Part shown: piece after piece, positions 38,959 through 48,289 of the stretch
Layout of the letters: each line of letters begins with the position of its first letter
How positions within the stretch are numbered: position 1 is the stretch's first letter
DNA from: Candidatus Multivoradales bacterium
Lineage (GTDB): Bacteria; Acidobacteriota; Thermoanaerobaculia; Multivoradales; JAHEKO01
NCBI GenBank assembly: GCA_965248055.1
Contig: CBDFIJ010000004.1
Coordinates: 2,592,001 to 2,656,000 of the forward strand
Reading direction: 5' to 3'
DNA length: 64,000 nt
Translations under genes and position numbers: made by a program
The notes under the pieces: generated by a model
What the model saw: the letters and a program-made list of their open reading frames with translations, nothing else
What the model was told of the DNA's origin: nothing
Database searches by the model: none

Positions 38959-40851
38959 ATGAAGCTATTGCAAGCAAGAAACTACGTTGGAATCGCTACC
39001 GTCCTGCTGCTAGCAGGAACATTGGTAGCTGATGAACCGAACTTAACTTCGTTCACCGGTGGGTTCTCCATTGGGGTGCGCAGTGTCGATATCAACGGCG
39101 CTGATAACAAGTACAAAGAGGACTTCAATCTGGATGATGGTCCACGGCTTTTCGACTTTCACTTCAATCTGGTGCCTTCTGGCGCTGATCGCAAGTACGC
39201 CGATCAGATTCGCCTAGAGGTGCAGAACCTGGGTGGGGATCCATTTGAAAACATTCATTTTGGGATTCGCAAATACGGCAAATACAACCTGTATTATAAC
39301 CGGACCAAGTCGGACTATTTCTACTCGGACACGTTATTGCCGCATGCTTTTTCAAGCCTGACTAATTCAAACGGCGGTGATTTCCACACCTTCGATTTCG
39401 AGCGGGTTCGTGACCACGCCAAGTTGAATATCGACCTCAGCCAAGAGGCACGGTTGACCTTTGGCATGGACCGTACGGTCAAGCGCGGTGAGTCCACCAC
39501 CACACTGGATATTTCCCGCGACGAGTTTGAATTGGACCGCCCGATTCACGAGTCGACCAACGCCTACTTTGGTTCTTTTCGTTACGCCTGGGACAAGGCC
39601 ACCTTGGTGGTTGAGGAGCGGGTACGCGACTACGAGAACTCTTACGACATCTTCCTTCCCGGAAAGTCGCTGGGAGAAAACCCAGAGGGCGCGACGGTCG
39701 ATTTCTTTTTCCTCGATCAGCCTTACGACTTATCCAGCAATACCCACATTGTGCGCTTAATGGCGCGTCCCAATGACAAATTTGAGGTTCGCGTCAGTGG
39801 TCTCTTGCAGAACACGGAGATGAATGCTTCTCCTGCCAGCCAAAGCTCTCAAGGGATTGCCTACAACGAAATACCATTTACCGAGCAGATCGACGGTGGT
39901 GGTTCGGTAGATCGTGACGCCGATCGTTTTGACGTCGAGGTGACCTACGCCGCCAGCGACCGAGTCGCGGTGGTGGCCGGCGTACGCCAGCAGACGGTCG
40001 ACCAAAACGGTGGATTCGATTGGGCTGGTGACATCAACCGTGGTGAATGGCACATCGACACTACCGGACTTCGTGCCGGGGTGGAGTTCTATGTCTCGTC
40101 GCAGTGGACGCTGCACGCGGGTTTGGCAAGTGAGAGCCGTGATGTCGACTCTGCGTTCTCGATTCTGAACCCCGAGACGCTCGCTCTTGAGGAGGACCAT
40201 TCCGATCAGCACACCACCGATCGAACCGGTGTTTACGCTGGCGCAGCGTGGAGACCATCTAAGGCGTTTCAGTTGACCGTCGACCTAGAAGAGAATTCCT
40301 TCGACGATCCCTTTACCCTGGCGACTCCCACCGACCGCTCACGCTATCGGGTCCGCGGTCGCTATCGCTTCAACGATGGTTGGACCGCGACCGGTGCATT
40401 CACCGTCAAAGACTACGAGAACAGTGACTCCGGCTGGGTGTCGGATACCAACATCTCATCCCTTCGTGTCAGTCGCACCGACAAGCGACTCTCGCTCTCA
40501 GTTGGTTACTCGGCAGTGGATGCTGAACGCAGCATCGATCAAACGGTCAGAGGTGGGTTTATCACCAACGTGTTCAACATCAACTACATGGCCGACTCCA
40601 GCTTCTTTGATGGTCGAGCACGTTTCAAAGCGAATGACCGGCTGACGGTTGGCGGTGACCTGCGGATGTACGAGAACGACGGGTCTTTTGGCCTCGAGCG
40701 GGACGACTTTCGAGGCTACGTTGAAGTCAGTGTGTTCAAGGACTACAGCTTGCAGATCGGTTATCGCATCGTTGACTACAACGAGACCGACTTCGATTTC
40801 GATGACTACGACGCCGACATGATTGACGTTGGTATTGGCTATAGCTGGTAA
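38959..40851 (+). CDS. MtrB/PioB-like outer-membrane beta-barrel
   Basis: Follows the decahaem gene; NKYKEDFNL, amphipathic strands, C-terminal GIGYSW. Confidence 0.82.
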   Translation: MKLLQARNYVGIATVLLLAGTLVADEPNLTSFTGGFSIGVRSVDINGADNKYKEDFNLDDGPRLFDFHFNLVPSGADRKYADQIRLEVQNLGGDPFENIHFGIRKYGKYNLYYNRTKSDYFYSDTLLPHAFSSLTNSNGGDFHTFDFERVRDHAKLNIDLSQEARLTFGMDRTVKRGESTTTLDISRDEFELDRPIHESTNAYFGSFRYAWDKATLVVEERVRDYENSYDIFLPGKSLGENPEGATVDFFFLDQPYDLSSNTHIVRLMARPNDKFEVRVSGLLQNTEMNASPASQSSQGIAYNEIPFTEQIDGGGSVDRDADRFDVEVTYAASDRVAVVAGVRQQTVDQNGGFDWAGDINRGEWHIDTTGLRAGVEFYVSSQWTLHAGLASESRDVDSAFSILNPETLALEEDHSDQHTTDRTGVYAGAAWRPSKAFQLTVDLEENSFDDPFTLATPTDRSRYRVRGRYRFNDGWTATGAFTVKDYENSDSGWVSDTNISSLRVSRTDKRLSLSVGYSAVDAERSIDQTVRGGFITNVFNINYMADSSFFDGRARFKANDRLTVGGDLRMYENDGSFGLERDDFRGYVEVSVFKDYSLQIGYRIVDYNETDFDFDDYDADMIDVGIGYSW

Positions 40852-40889
40852 GGGTTTTCTATCTCGGATTATCCGAGATTCACCTCGCG

Positions 40890-40923
40890 GGCCCGGTTGC
40901 TTCGGTGACCGGGCCTTTCTTTT
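40890..40923 (+). terminator. Rho-independent terminator
   Basis: GGCCCGGTTGC-TTCG-GTGACCGGGCC followed by TTTCTTTT. Confidence 0.85.
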
Positions 40924-41129
40924 GTACCTGCCGTCGCAGAGGACGGTGAACGCTATTTGACCTTTGAGCGGAGGTGGTCACCTCAACCCCGCTGTGTGCC
41001 GGAGGAATGCGGCCTGCCAAGAGCTTGCCATGCGCTGGCGGGGATGCCTCTGGGACTGGCAGGTACCGGGCTGCCCCCGCCCTCCCGAGACCGCTGTATT
41101 CATTGATCGAGTCGAGACTGTCACTCACT

Positions 41130-41366
41130 GCTAATGAACGGTAGTTTCTTCGGTGGATCCGAGCCCTTCGACTTGCCAATAATCGCGTAGCAAACTTTGT
41201 ACTACGCGGTGTCCGGACGGTCGATGGGGAGGAGGTCACGAAACGGATTGGAGAGCTTGTCGCGGATCTTCTCGCGATACTCGGAGGCGGCACCGGCAAA
41301 GTAGATCGCGGACACGCGCCCTTGATTGAATAGATGGCTAAGCGAGGTCGATCGAAATTTGCGCTG
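41130..41366 (-). pseudogene. C-terminal fragment of a second DUF6119-like gene
   Basis: RKFRSTSLSHLFNQGRVSA...*YKVCYAIIG...KKLPFIS aligns with the C-terminus of 43303-44966. Confidence 0.85.
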
Positions 41367-41431
41367 ACGTGTAAAAACTGTCGTAATACACGTGCGGAGG
41401 GGGGTGTCGTAATACATGTGTGGAGTGGGGA

Positions 41432-42718
41432 ATGAGCGATTCTCGAATTGGGGCGTTAAGAAGACTTCTGTCTGTTGTCGTGGCCGCGTTTTGGACAAGG
41501 GTCAATGATGTAATTGACTCGGATTGCCGGAGTGCCCTCGCTAATCGGATAACGAAAGCTGAGTTGTTGGTTCGTCTCTACTACGTTTACCTGATGGTGG
41601 CCTCCTACGGCCGCATCAATGAAACAACCAATGCGTGGGTGAGGGATTCTCCGGTTCACCCGCGTCTTGACCTAGCGCTAACATCATGGATCCCCCTTGC
41701 CGCATGGCGGGAAATCGCCGTTGGGTGTGCGGTATTGATGCTAGTGGCGTCCATGCTGGCCGCCACGATTCCTCGTTGGCGCAGTCCAAGAATCATCGCG
41801 ATTGCCTCGTTTCTGCTACTGGAAGCGATGAAGTTCGATGTAGCAGACAAGATCTCTCACGCAGCGCATCCCGTGGTGTGGGCAGGAATCGCCTTCTGCT
41901 TCTTGCCGGGATGGAAGAATGATTCGAGCGAGCGTTGTCGCACGTACCTTGCAAGCTTCTTCGGCGCTCAAGTGCTTGTTTGCTTGCTCTATACCTGCGC
42001 GGGGCTCTCCAAAGTCATCGGAATCGCTTATGACTGGCATCAAGGGGTCACATGGCTCAATTCAGAGGCTCTGACCCTGTTGTTCGCCGACAAGTGGAGG
42101 GGCAGTCATCATTACCTCACCGCGGCATTATTCTTGTCGAATCCATGGGTCAGCTGGCTGTCGAGTGCCGGCGTTCTCTATCTGGAGATAGGGGCGCTCT
42201 TCGCGGTGTTCCGACCTCGTTTGCATCGACCATGGGCGCTCGGCCTCCTTCTCATGCACGCCATGGTTTTGTTGACTATGCGCATCGAGTTTCAGCCATC
42301 TGCATTCATCGTGGGTTTGATTCTGTTGTGCTCGCCCTTTGCGCCGGCGAAGGTGCAGATGAAAGAGACATTTCTTGATCTCCCCGTAGTTCGTTTTCTG
42401 CGCCAGTGGTTCAGGGCTCGACGTAACGCGGCAGTGAACGGGGACCACCCGGGAACATCCATGGGCCACGCTCCTTGGGTACCCTCCTCGAGGGTTATGA
42501 AGCTTTGGATTCCTGTGTTAGTGGTCGCGTATCTTTGCGTGGCCTATGGAAATCTCGACAAGCGCGGAAGATCTGATGGTGAGATCTATCCGGTATCCGC
42601 TATGCCGATGTTCATGCGTATTAATACTAGCGAGGAGAATGTCAGGAAGCTGGCTCGAATCCGCAGCCAGCCGGCAAGCGCCAAAGAGAGAAGGAAGAAC
42701 TCCATCAACAACAGGTGA
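41432..42718 (+). CDS. HTTM-like polytopic membrane protein
   Basis: Multiple TMs, KISHAAH, YTCAGLSK, YLEIG...RPRLHRPW...MH, YPVSAMPMF. Confidence 0.65.
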   Translation: MSDSRIGALRRLLSVVVAAFWTRVNDVIDSDCRSALANRITKAELLVRLYYVYLMVASYGRINETTNAWVRDSPVHPRLDLALTSWIPLAAWREIAVGCAVLMLVASMLAATIPRWRSPRIIAIASFLLLEAMKFDVADKISHAAHPVVWAGIAFCFLPGWKNDSSERCRTYLASFFGAQVLVCLLYTCAGLSKVIGIAYDWHQGVTWLNSEALTLLFADKWRGSHHYLTAALFLSNPWVSWLSSAGVLYLEIGALFAVFRPRLHRPWALGLLLMHAMVLLTMRIEFQPSAFIVGLILLCSPFAPAKVQMKETFLDLPVVRFLRQWFRARRNAAVNGDHPGTSMGHAPWVPSSRVMKLWIPVLVVAYLCVAYGNLDKRGRSDGEIYPVSAMPMFMRINTSEENVRKLARIRSQPASAKERRKNSINNR

Positions 42719-42846
42719 GATGCTGGATAGGCGTCATACGAGTTTCGAGGAGAACCGTGGGGAAGGCGTGGGCGAGGGCCGACATTCGGAACCTCTCCTC
42801 GCTAATACGATTTTCCCTCTCGGGCACCAGGAAACTTGTGGTCCGG

Positions 42847-43284
42847 CAAGCGACTCTCGTTCTCAGTTGGTTACTCGGCAGTGGACGCTGAACGCAGCAT
42901 CGATCAAACGGTCAGGGGTGGGTTCATCACCAATGTGTTCAACATCAACTACATGGCCGACTCCAGCTTCTTTGATGGCCGAGCACGCTTCAAAGCCAAC
43001 GACCGACGGTAGGCGGCGATGTGCGGATGTACGAAAACGACGGGTCCTTTGGACTCGAACGAGATGACTTCCGGGCTTACGTTGAGGTCGGTGTGTTCAA
43101 GGAATACAACCTACAGATCGGTTATCGCACCGTTGACTAGAACGAGACCGAGTTTGACTTCGATGACTACGACGCCGACATGATCGACGTTGGCATCGGT
43201 TACAGCTGGTAACGATTTTCCTATCTCGGATTCTCCGAGTCTTATCCTCGCGGGCCCGGTTGCTTCGGTGACTGGCCCTTTTTT
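42847..43284 (+). pseudogene. Diverged duplicate of the mtrB-like 3' end plus terminator (matches 40482-40923)
   Basis: Direct alignment; synonymous changes, a 4-nt deletion near 43005, TAC>TAG at 43138-43140, both downstream hairpins retained. Confidence 0.93.
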
Positions 43285-43302
43285 GTTGTCGAGGCGACGC
43301 GT

Positions 43303-44966
43303 CTAGTTCTTTGGCAGGTTGATTTTCTTGTATGTGACCTTGAAGCCGAAGGCTTGAAGGTCGATGGCATGACGCCTTAGGTTGAGCTTGCTAAAGAAAG
43401 GCAATTTCTCAGATGGCTTGTATTCATGCCAAGGACCGATGATGGCATAGCAAACTTCGTAGTCAGGCGCGCTGGGTTGGTTCACGGGAATGAGCTTTTG
43501 AAAGGGTTTGCTGAGCTTCGATCGAGTTTGTTTTCGGTACTCTGGACTCCGAACGAACAGTTCAGCGGATACAGGCCCTGACCAAAAAGATGGCTGAGCG
43601 AAGACGAGCCAAATTTTCTCTTTACGTGCACAAACTGTCTTTCCGCTGTGAATATGTCGCAGACTTCGATTGCATCGGTACTGGACGAGATTCTGACGGT
43701 CTTCTTGTCCATGAGTGCATGTTTGCCTTCGCGTGCGGCTCGCTCGTTGTAGTCCCCTTCCGTTTCTTCGCGAATTGATTTCGTTCCATCGTCCTTGACG
43801 AACGGCACCATTTTCGACGGAGGTAGTTCGACTGTGGATGGTTCCAATGAGTCGACAAACTGGTTTAGGGCGCCAACGAGGTCATTGTTGACTTGCCAGA
43901 ACTGCCCATTCACAAATAGGAACGTGTTTTTCTTGTGGACGAACTCTCCGTCCAAAACTTCGAAGAGCCCCCAGTTGTGCAACATGATTCCATCAGGGTT
44001 GAAGGCTCGAACTCTCTGTTTTTTAAGGGCATCGACCGAAATATCCAACGCGTTCATTTTCAACAGTTTCAGGAGATCTGCGATTTGCAGATCGTTAAAC
44101 TCAAGACTTGTATCAACGTCGAAGCTGAATTCAGCAATCGTGTCAAAGTCGACCAATTTTGGCGGCGCCAACACGAACTGTTCCGGTGATTGCCGCAGCT
44201 TGTCTACCAGGGCATTCTCGAGTTCGGGGATTAGAGCGCTAGGTGCTCCGCGAATATTGTCAAGCTGCGTGAACCTAGTCTTGTACGTGTTGCTGTTGCG
44301 AGCAGCACGTAGCTGACGGCAAGCATCCAGCAAGCCGACGGCATTGCCAGTGCCACGGAACGACTCGACCAAGTGAATGCTCACCGCGTCTCCACCACTA
44401 ATGCGGGTTCCCCACTGCTTCTCGTTGGATGGAGAGCCGCCGACGCCGTTCAGAAGGTCTGTAGTCGGGTCAACATCAAAGTCTCGAAATGCTGCGTTGC
44501 GGTTGGCTTGCTGGCTTGTGTGAATGGTATTCCCTGCGACATGCGTAGCTTTGATTTGACGCAGTCCTTCATTCACGCTGTCCTGTGTGCCTTCGTAGAT
44601 TGTATTGAGGGCAACTCGTAGGCCATATCCCTTCTTATAGACGTTGGGCCGAAGCAAAAAACGACCGCTGCCAAACGTAGCAGCGAATACGTCGCCGCCA
44701 TCGTCCGCGGGGAGGCGAAGGATCAGTGCAACACGATTCATGGCCGTTTTCGTAGGCTCAAATTTGGGGAACCCTTCGCACACGAACCGAGCCCAGTTTG
44801 GCTCCTTGAGATCTTGCGGAACGTTGTAGAGGCATGCCTCGAAGCCGAACTTCTTAAAGTCCAGATCGAGCTTCTCGCATGCTCCATCTAGGACTTCGGG
44901 GCGGATAGCGTCATCGAACTCTCTGACGGTATCGACAAGCGCGTACAGGGTGAGAGATTGCTTCAT
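43303..44966 (-). CDS. DUF6119/TIGR04141-like protein with C-terminal PD-(D/E)xK-like motif; one frameshift near 43573
   Basis: FAATFGSGRFLL, YGLRVALN, EGDYN, IEVCDI...VHVKR...SSLSHLFGQG; shifted frame continues VSAELF...YAII...LPFFSKLNL. Confidence 0.75.
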
Positions 44967-44978
44967 GGTTCAACGTCC

Positions 44979-46523
44979 CTACACTCTGAAACTCTCAACC
45001 TGGAATCCCGCTCCTTCGCCTTCCTTGAGCACTCCGATCACGACCTTCTTGCCGTCGGTGCGAACGTTGATGAGGCCGTAGATCAGGCTGTCGACCAGCA
45101 ACCAGTCCACAACTTTCTTTTCGGGTCCGCTACGGCCTCCGGCACCGCGGCTCTTGAGGCTGGCGCCGCGGATGCTTTTGCCGCTCTTTTCGAGCCCCGC
45201 CGGTTCGAAGAGTTGAACCGAGCGAGACAGCTCGGTGGAGTAGATGAGTGGCGCGACGTACTTGCGTTCTTCGAGGTTGAGGAATTTCTTCTTGGTGGAT
45301 GTTGAAGCGTGGGTGTAGGTTCCGGCCATGCCCAGCACTTTGGCGCGCGGATGAGCATGGGTCTCGTTGTCGCCGCTGGAGAAGAGGGTCGCCATCGGTG
45401 CCATTGCTTGCAAGAACGTGGTCGAGATGTCCTCCGAGCCGTGATGACACGACTTAGCGACATGACATTTGAACTCGACCGCTGGAATGTGATGCAACAG
45501 CAACGCCTGCGAGTTGAAGTTGAGGTCGCCAGTCATCAGCAAGCGCACGTCTCCATAGTCGATACGCAGCACGACTGACATGCCGTTGCGGGTGAGGGAA
45601 GGGCTTTTCATCGAGCCTTTGCTTTCACTGTCGATGTAGCGCAGCGCTGGTTTTCCTTGCCATGACTCTTCGACCGGCCCGAGGACTCGGACGGTCGCTT
45701 TGGGACCACCGTCGAAGTCGGGAAGTGTGCCCATTCCGGAGTGGACGCGCTTAAGTTGATCGACACCCTGGCCCTGGAGCGCCAAGAGGTCCTGAAGCCA
45801 AGTCGCGTAGCTGCCGGATAACTTCCATTGCCTTCCCCCGCGCGCCGATTTGTATTTGTCGACATCGTCGAATCCGTCGAGCAGGGTGGTCAGGTAAAGC
45901 TCCGGGCTACCTGAACCTTCCACCGGTCCGAGCTGGGACATGCCTTTGCCGTTGGCAAACGCGGTTGGCGCGCCGCTAAAGCGTCCGAGGCCGTTGTGGT
46001 AAACGGTTCCATAGGTGAACGCACGTACCTTCCCCCCTTTGGTCATGTCGAGGAAGCCACCAAAATGGTCGTAGTCCGGGTGGGAACAGACCACTGCGTC
46101 GATATGGAATCGGCCGCTTTGAAAGTCAAATTCGTCGCGCCAGGATTGGTCGACGAAGCGCATCCATTTCAAGAATGCTGGCGCCTGGGCTGGGCTGTTG
46201 GTCATCATGGGGCCTGGGCCGCCGTCGATGAACATGGTTTTGCCATTGGGAAAGCGAATGAAGCCGGCGTCGCCCTGCCCGCAGTCGATCTGCCACAAGG
46301 AAAAGATGCCTTCCTCCATCAACTCTTTATTCTCAATGCGAAAGTGGTGGCCCTTGGCCGAAACGATCGATGAGCGGCTGTTGGTGGAGATGACGTAGAC
46401 GGCATCTCCCCACAGAAACGGAACCGATTCCTTGGCGTTGCGGAATTTATGCGCTGCTTTGAGCGGTTTGTACTTCTTCTTCTCCGGGCGGATGTAGGCG
46501 AGGGTTCCGGCTTGGATGGTCAT
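44979..46523 (-). CDS. ComEC/Rec2-like metallo-beta-lactamase-fold hydrolase
   Basis: IDCGQGDA, IDGG, SHPDYDHFGG, NGMSVV, MTGD, KSCHHGS, HAHPR. Confidence 0.85.
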   Translation of the reverse strand: MTIQAGTLAYIRPEKKKYKPLKAAHKFRNAKESVPFLWGDAVYVISTNSRSSIVSAKGHHFRIENKELMEEGIFSLWQIDCGQGDAGFIRFPNGKTMFIDGGPGPMMTNSPAQAPAFLKWMRFVDQSWRDEFDFQSGRFHIDAVVCSHPDYDHFGGFLDMTKGGKVRAFTYGTVYHNGLGRFSGAPTAFANGKGMSQLGPVEGSGSPELYLTTLLDGFDDVDKYKSARGGRQWKLSGSYATWLQDLLALQGQGVDQLKRVHSGMGTLPDFDGGPKATVRVLGPVEESWQGKPALRYIDSESKGSMKSPSLTRNGMSVVLRIDYGDVRLLMTGDLNFNSQALLLHHIPAVEFKCHVAKSCHHGSEDISTTFLQAMAPMATLFSSGDNETHAHPRAKVLGMAGTYTHASTSTKKKFLNLEERKYVAPLIYSTELSRSVQLFEPAGLEKSGKSIRGASLKSRGAGGRSGPEKKVVDWLLVDSLIYGLINVRTDGKKVVIGVLKEGEGAGFQVESFRV

Positions 46524-46555
46524 GATTCTCCTTTCGGTGGCAACAACAAACCGCG

Positions 46556-48289
46556 CTAGCGTGCCTCTTCGATCGCTTGGAGGACATCTTTGGGCAGTTC
46601 AAAGTCGTCTGGGAGTCCCGGCACTGTTCCGAGGAAGGCGTCGAGGTCGGGGATGGTGGCGAGGTAGCGAAGGAGGTTCTTGGGTCGGTACTCAACTTTG
46701 TCGGAGGCGAGTCGTTGCAGTACCGAATGGTGGAAGGTGAGGCGCTTCCGCTCCGAGGCCTCGACTTCGCGGACGCCTTTCCGACTCTGGAAGGTGATGG
46801 TCTGCAGGAAACGCCAGAAAGGTTTGTTTGAGTTGTAGAGCTTGGCGTGGGAATAGCCTGAGTGTTGTCCGGCGTACTTCCAGTTGAAGCCAAGACCGGC
46901 GTTGCAAGCCTCACCCATCATCCATTCCAGAGCGAGGTTGGAGAGTCCCTGCGTGGGATATCCGCCACCGACGTTGGAGTGGACACCCGCAAACCACCGC
47001 TGCTCGAGGGTTTGGTTGTCGTATGTAGAGTTGGAGCTTTGCCAAATGCGGGGGCGGAAGGCGCTGCGCCGTTCATCGACGGCCAGAGCCTGGCGAATGT
47101 GATCAACATGAGCTGGCGGAGCGTTGCCTATGAAGGCCTTGCCGCGCTTCTTGCCCAACGAAAGGACGGTGTCCCAAACGCCGAGGAACTTCACTCTCAA
47201 TGGGGTGATCTCTCCCGCATTCTCCTCAGCTTCGGCCTGCGCATCCTGCAAGGGCTCGCCTTCGTTCATGAGCCGCTTCACTTTGTCTTCGACGATTGCC
47301 GCGCGCTTGTCGGTGTAGCTGGAGTCTCCCTTGAGAAAAGCGTCAAAGTAGATCGGGATCCAGTAGGCGTCTTTGGCGGGAGGGACTCCTTCCATCCAGT
47401 CGATAAAACGGACAAGGCCTCGCGCGGAGCTGGCGCCGCGGCTGAATCCAAATACGAAGATTTCATCGCCTTGTCGATAATTGAGCGCGAGAAAGGTATA
47501 GGCATCCTCAATATTGCCTTCGATTCCTGCGCCAGTGGCGCCACCAAACAGCTTGTCTACCGTCCGGTGTACGCCATTGGTGAAGCCGGGGAACTTTCTG
47601 AGCGCGCCAACCCCGAGGTCGTAGTAGGTGATCTGGGCGAAGCCTTTGGCGGGATCGAACCCGCGGCGACGAGATTCGTCGGCCAATGCACGTTTATCCG
47701 CCCAATATCCGTGGGTCAGAGTTTCTTCGGTTGAAAAGGGGTCGCCCGAGGTCGCAGACGAACGAGCGTGGATTTCCATGCTGTAGTTGTCACCGGGCAC
47801 CTCACGCCCGCCAACCGTTGTATGGAGTGCGGTCGACTTGGCGTATCTCGGTTTGCCTTGTCGTTTCTTGAGAATGGCGTAACGGAGGTTGTTCAGAGAC
47901 TCCGTTGTTTTGCCCCCAATCTGAACGTTGCCGTCGATGTCGGTGAGTGACGCCTGGAAGGTGTACGTTTTGCCGTCGATTGTGACGGTCTCTCCATCTT
48001 GAGGCTGGTCAGTGAACACCAGCGTTGCGGTGGTGTCGTCGAGATCTTTGACAGCGCGACAGGTTTTGAGAACGTTGGTGGGCTCGAAGCGTTGCCTTCC
48101 GTCATCCCCTGCAGTTTTCTTCGCCGGGCTGTTCCAGGTACCGTCCATACAAATGACGATGCGCTTTGGGGAGGCACTGTGAGGCTGTGCGGCGTCTCCG
48201 CTCGCTGCTTGAGCCGACGTGGCCGCGGCGACGGCGAAAACCAGAGCGGCAGCTGTGGAGGATAGGTTCGATCTTGAGTTATCGGTCAT
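46556..48289 (-). CDS. DUF2235 (Tle1-like) alpha/beta hydrolase with signal peptide and an inserted domain
   Basis: CMDGTWN, TNV, YYDLGVG, GFSRGA, GVWDTV, ALAVDERR, WFAGVHSNVGGGY; ATGA overlap gives start 48289. Confidence 0.88.
   Translation of the reverse strand: MTDNSRSNLSSTAAALVFAVAAATSAQAASGDAAQPHSASPKRIVICMDGTWNSPAKKTAGDDGRQRFEPTNVLKTCRAVKDLDDTTATLVFTDQPQDGETVTIDGKTYTFQASLTDIDGNVQIGGKTTESLNNLRYAILKKRQGKPRYAKSTALHTTVGGREVPGDNYSMEIHARSSATSGDPFSTEETLTHGYWADKRALADESRRRGFDPAKGFAQITYYDLGVGALRKFPGFTNGVHRTVDKLFGGATGAGIEGNIEDAYTFLALNYRQGDEIFVFGFSRGASSARGLVRFIDWMEGVPPAKDAYWIPIYFDAFLKGDSSYTDKRAAIVEDKVKRLMNEGEPLQDAQAEAEENAGEITPLRVKFLGVWDTVLSLGKKRGKAFIGNAPPAHVDHIRQALAVDERRSAFRPRIWQSSNSTYDNQTLEQRWFAGVHSNVGGGYPTQGLSNLALEWMMGEACNAGLGFNWKYAGQHSGYSHAKLYNSNKPFWRFLQTITFQSRKGVREVEASERKRLTFHHSVLQRLASDKVEYRPKNLLRYLATIPDLDAFLGTVPGLPDDFELPKDVLQAIEEAR

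Noticed and set aside
27937-43284. hydA and mtrB repeat pairs as diversity-generating retroelement TR/VR pairs
   Set aside because: Mismatches involve all four bases and fall mainly at third codon positions rather than at adenines; no reverse transcriptase in the window.
47620-48040. Intein in the DUF2235 protein
   Set aside because: No Cys/Ser start block and no His-Asn end followed by Cys/Ser/Thr.
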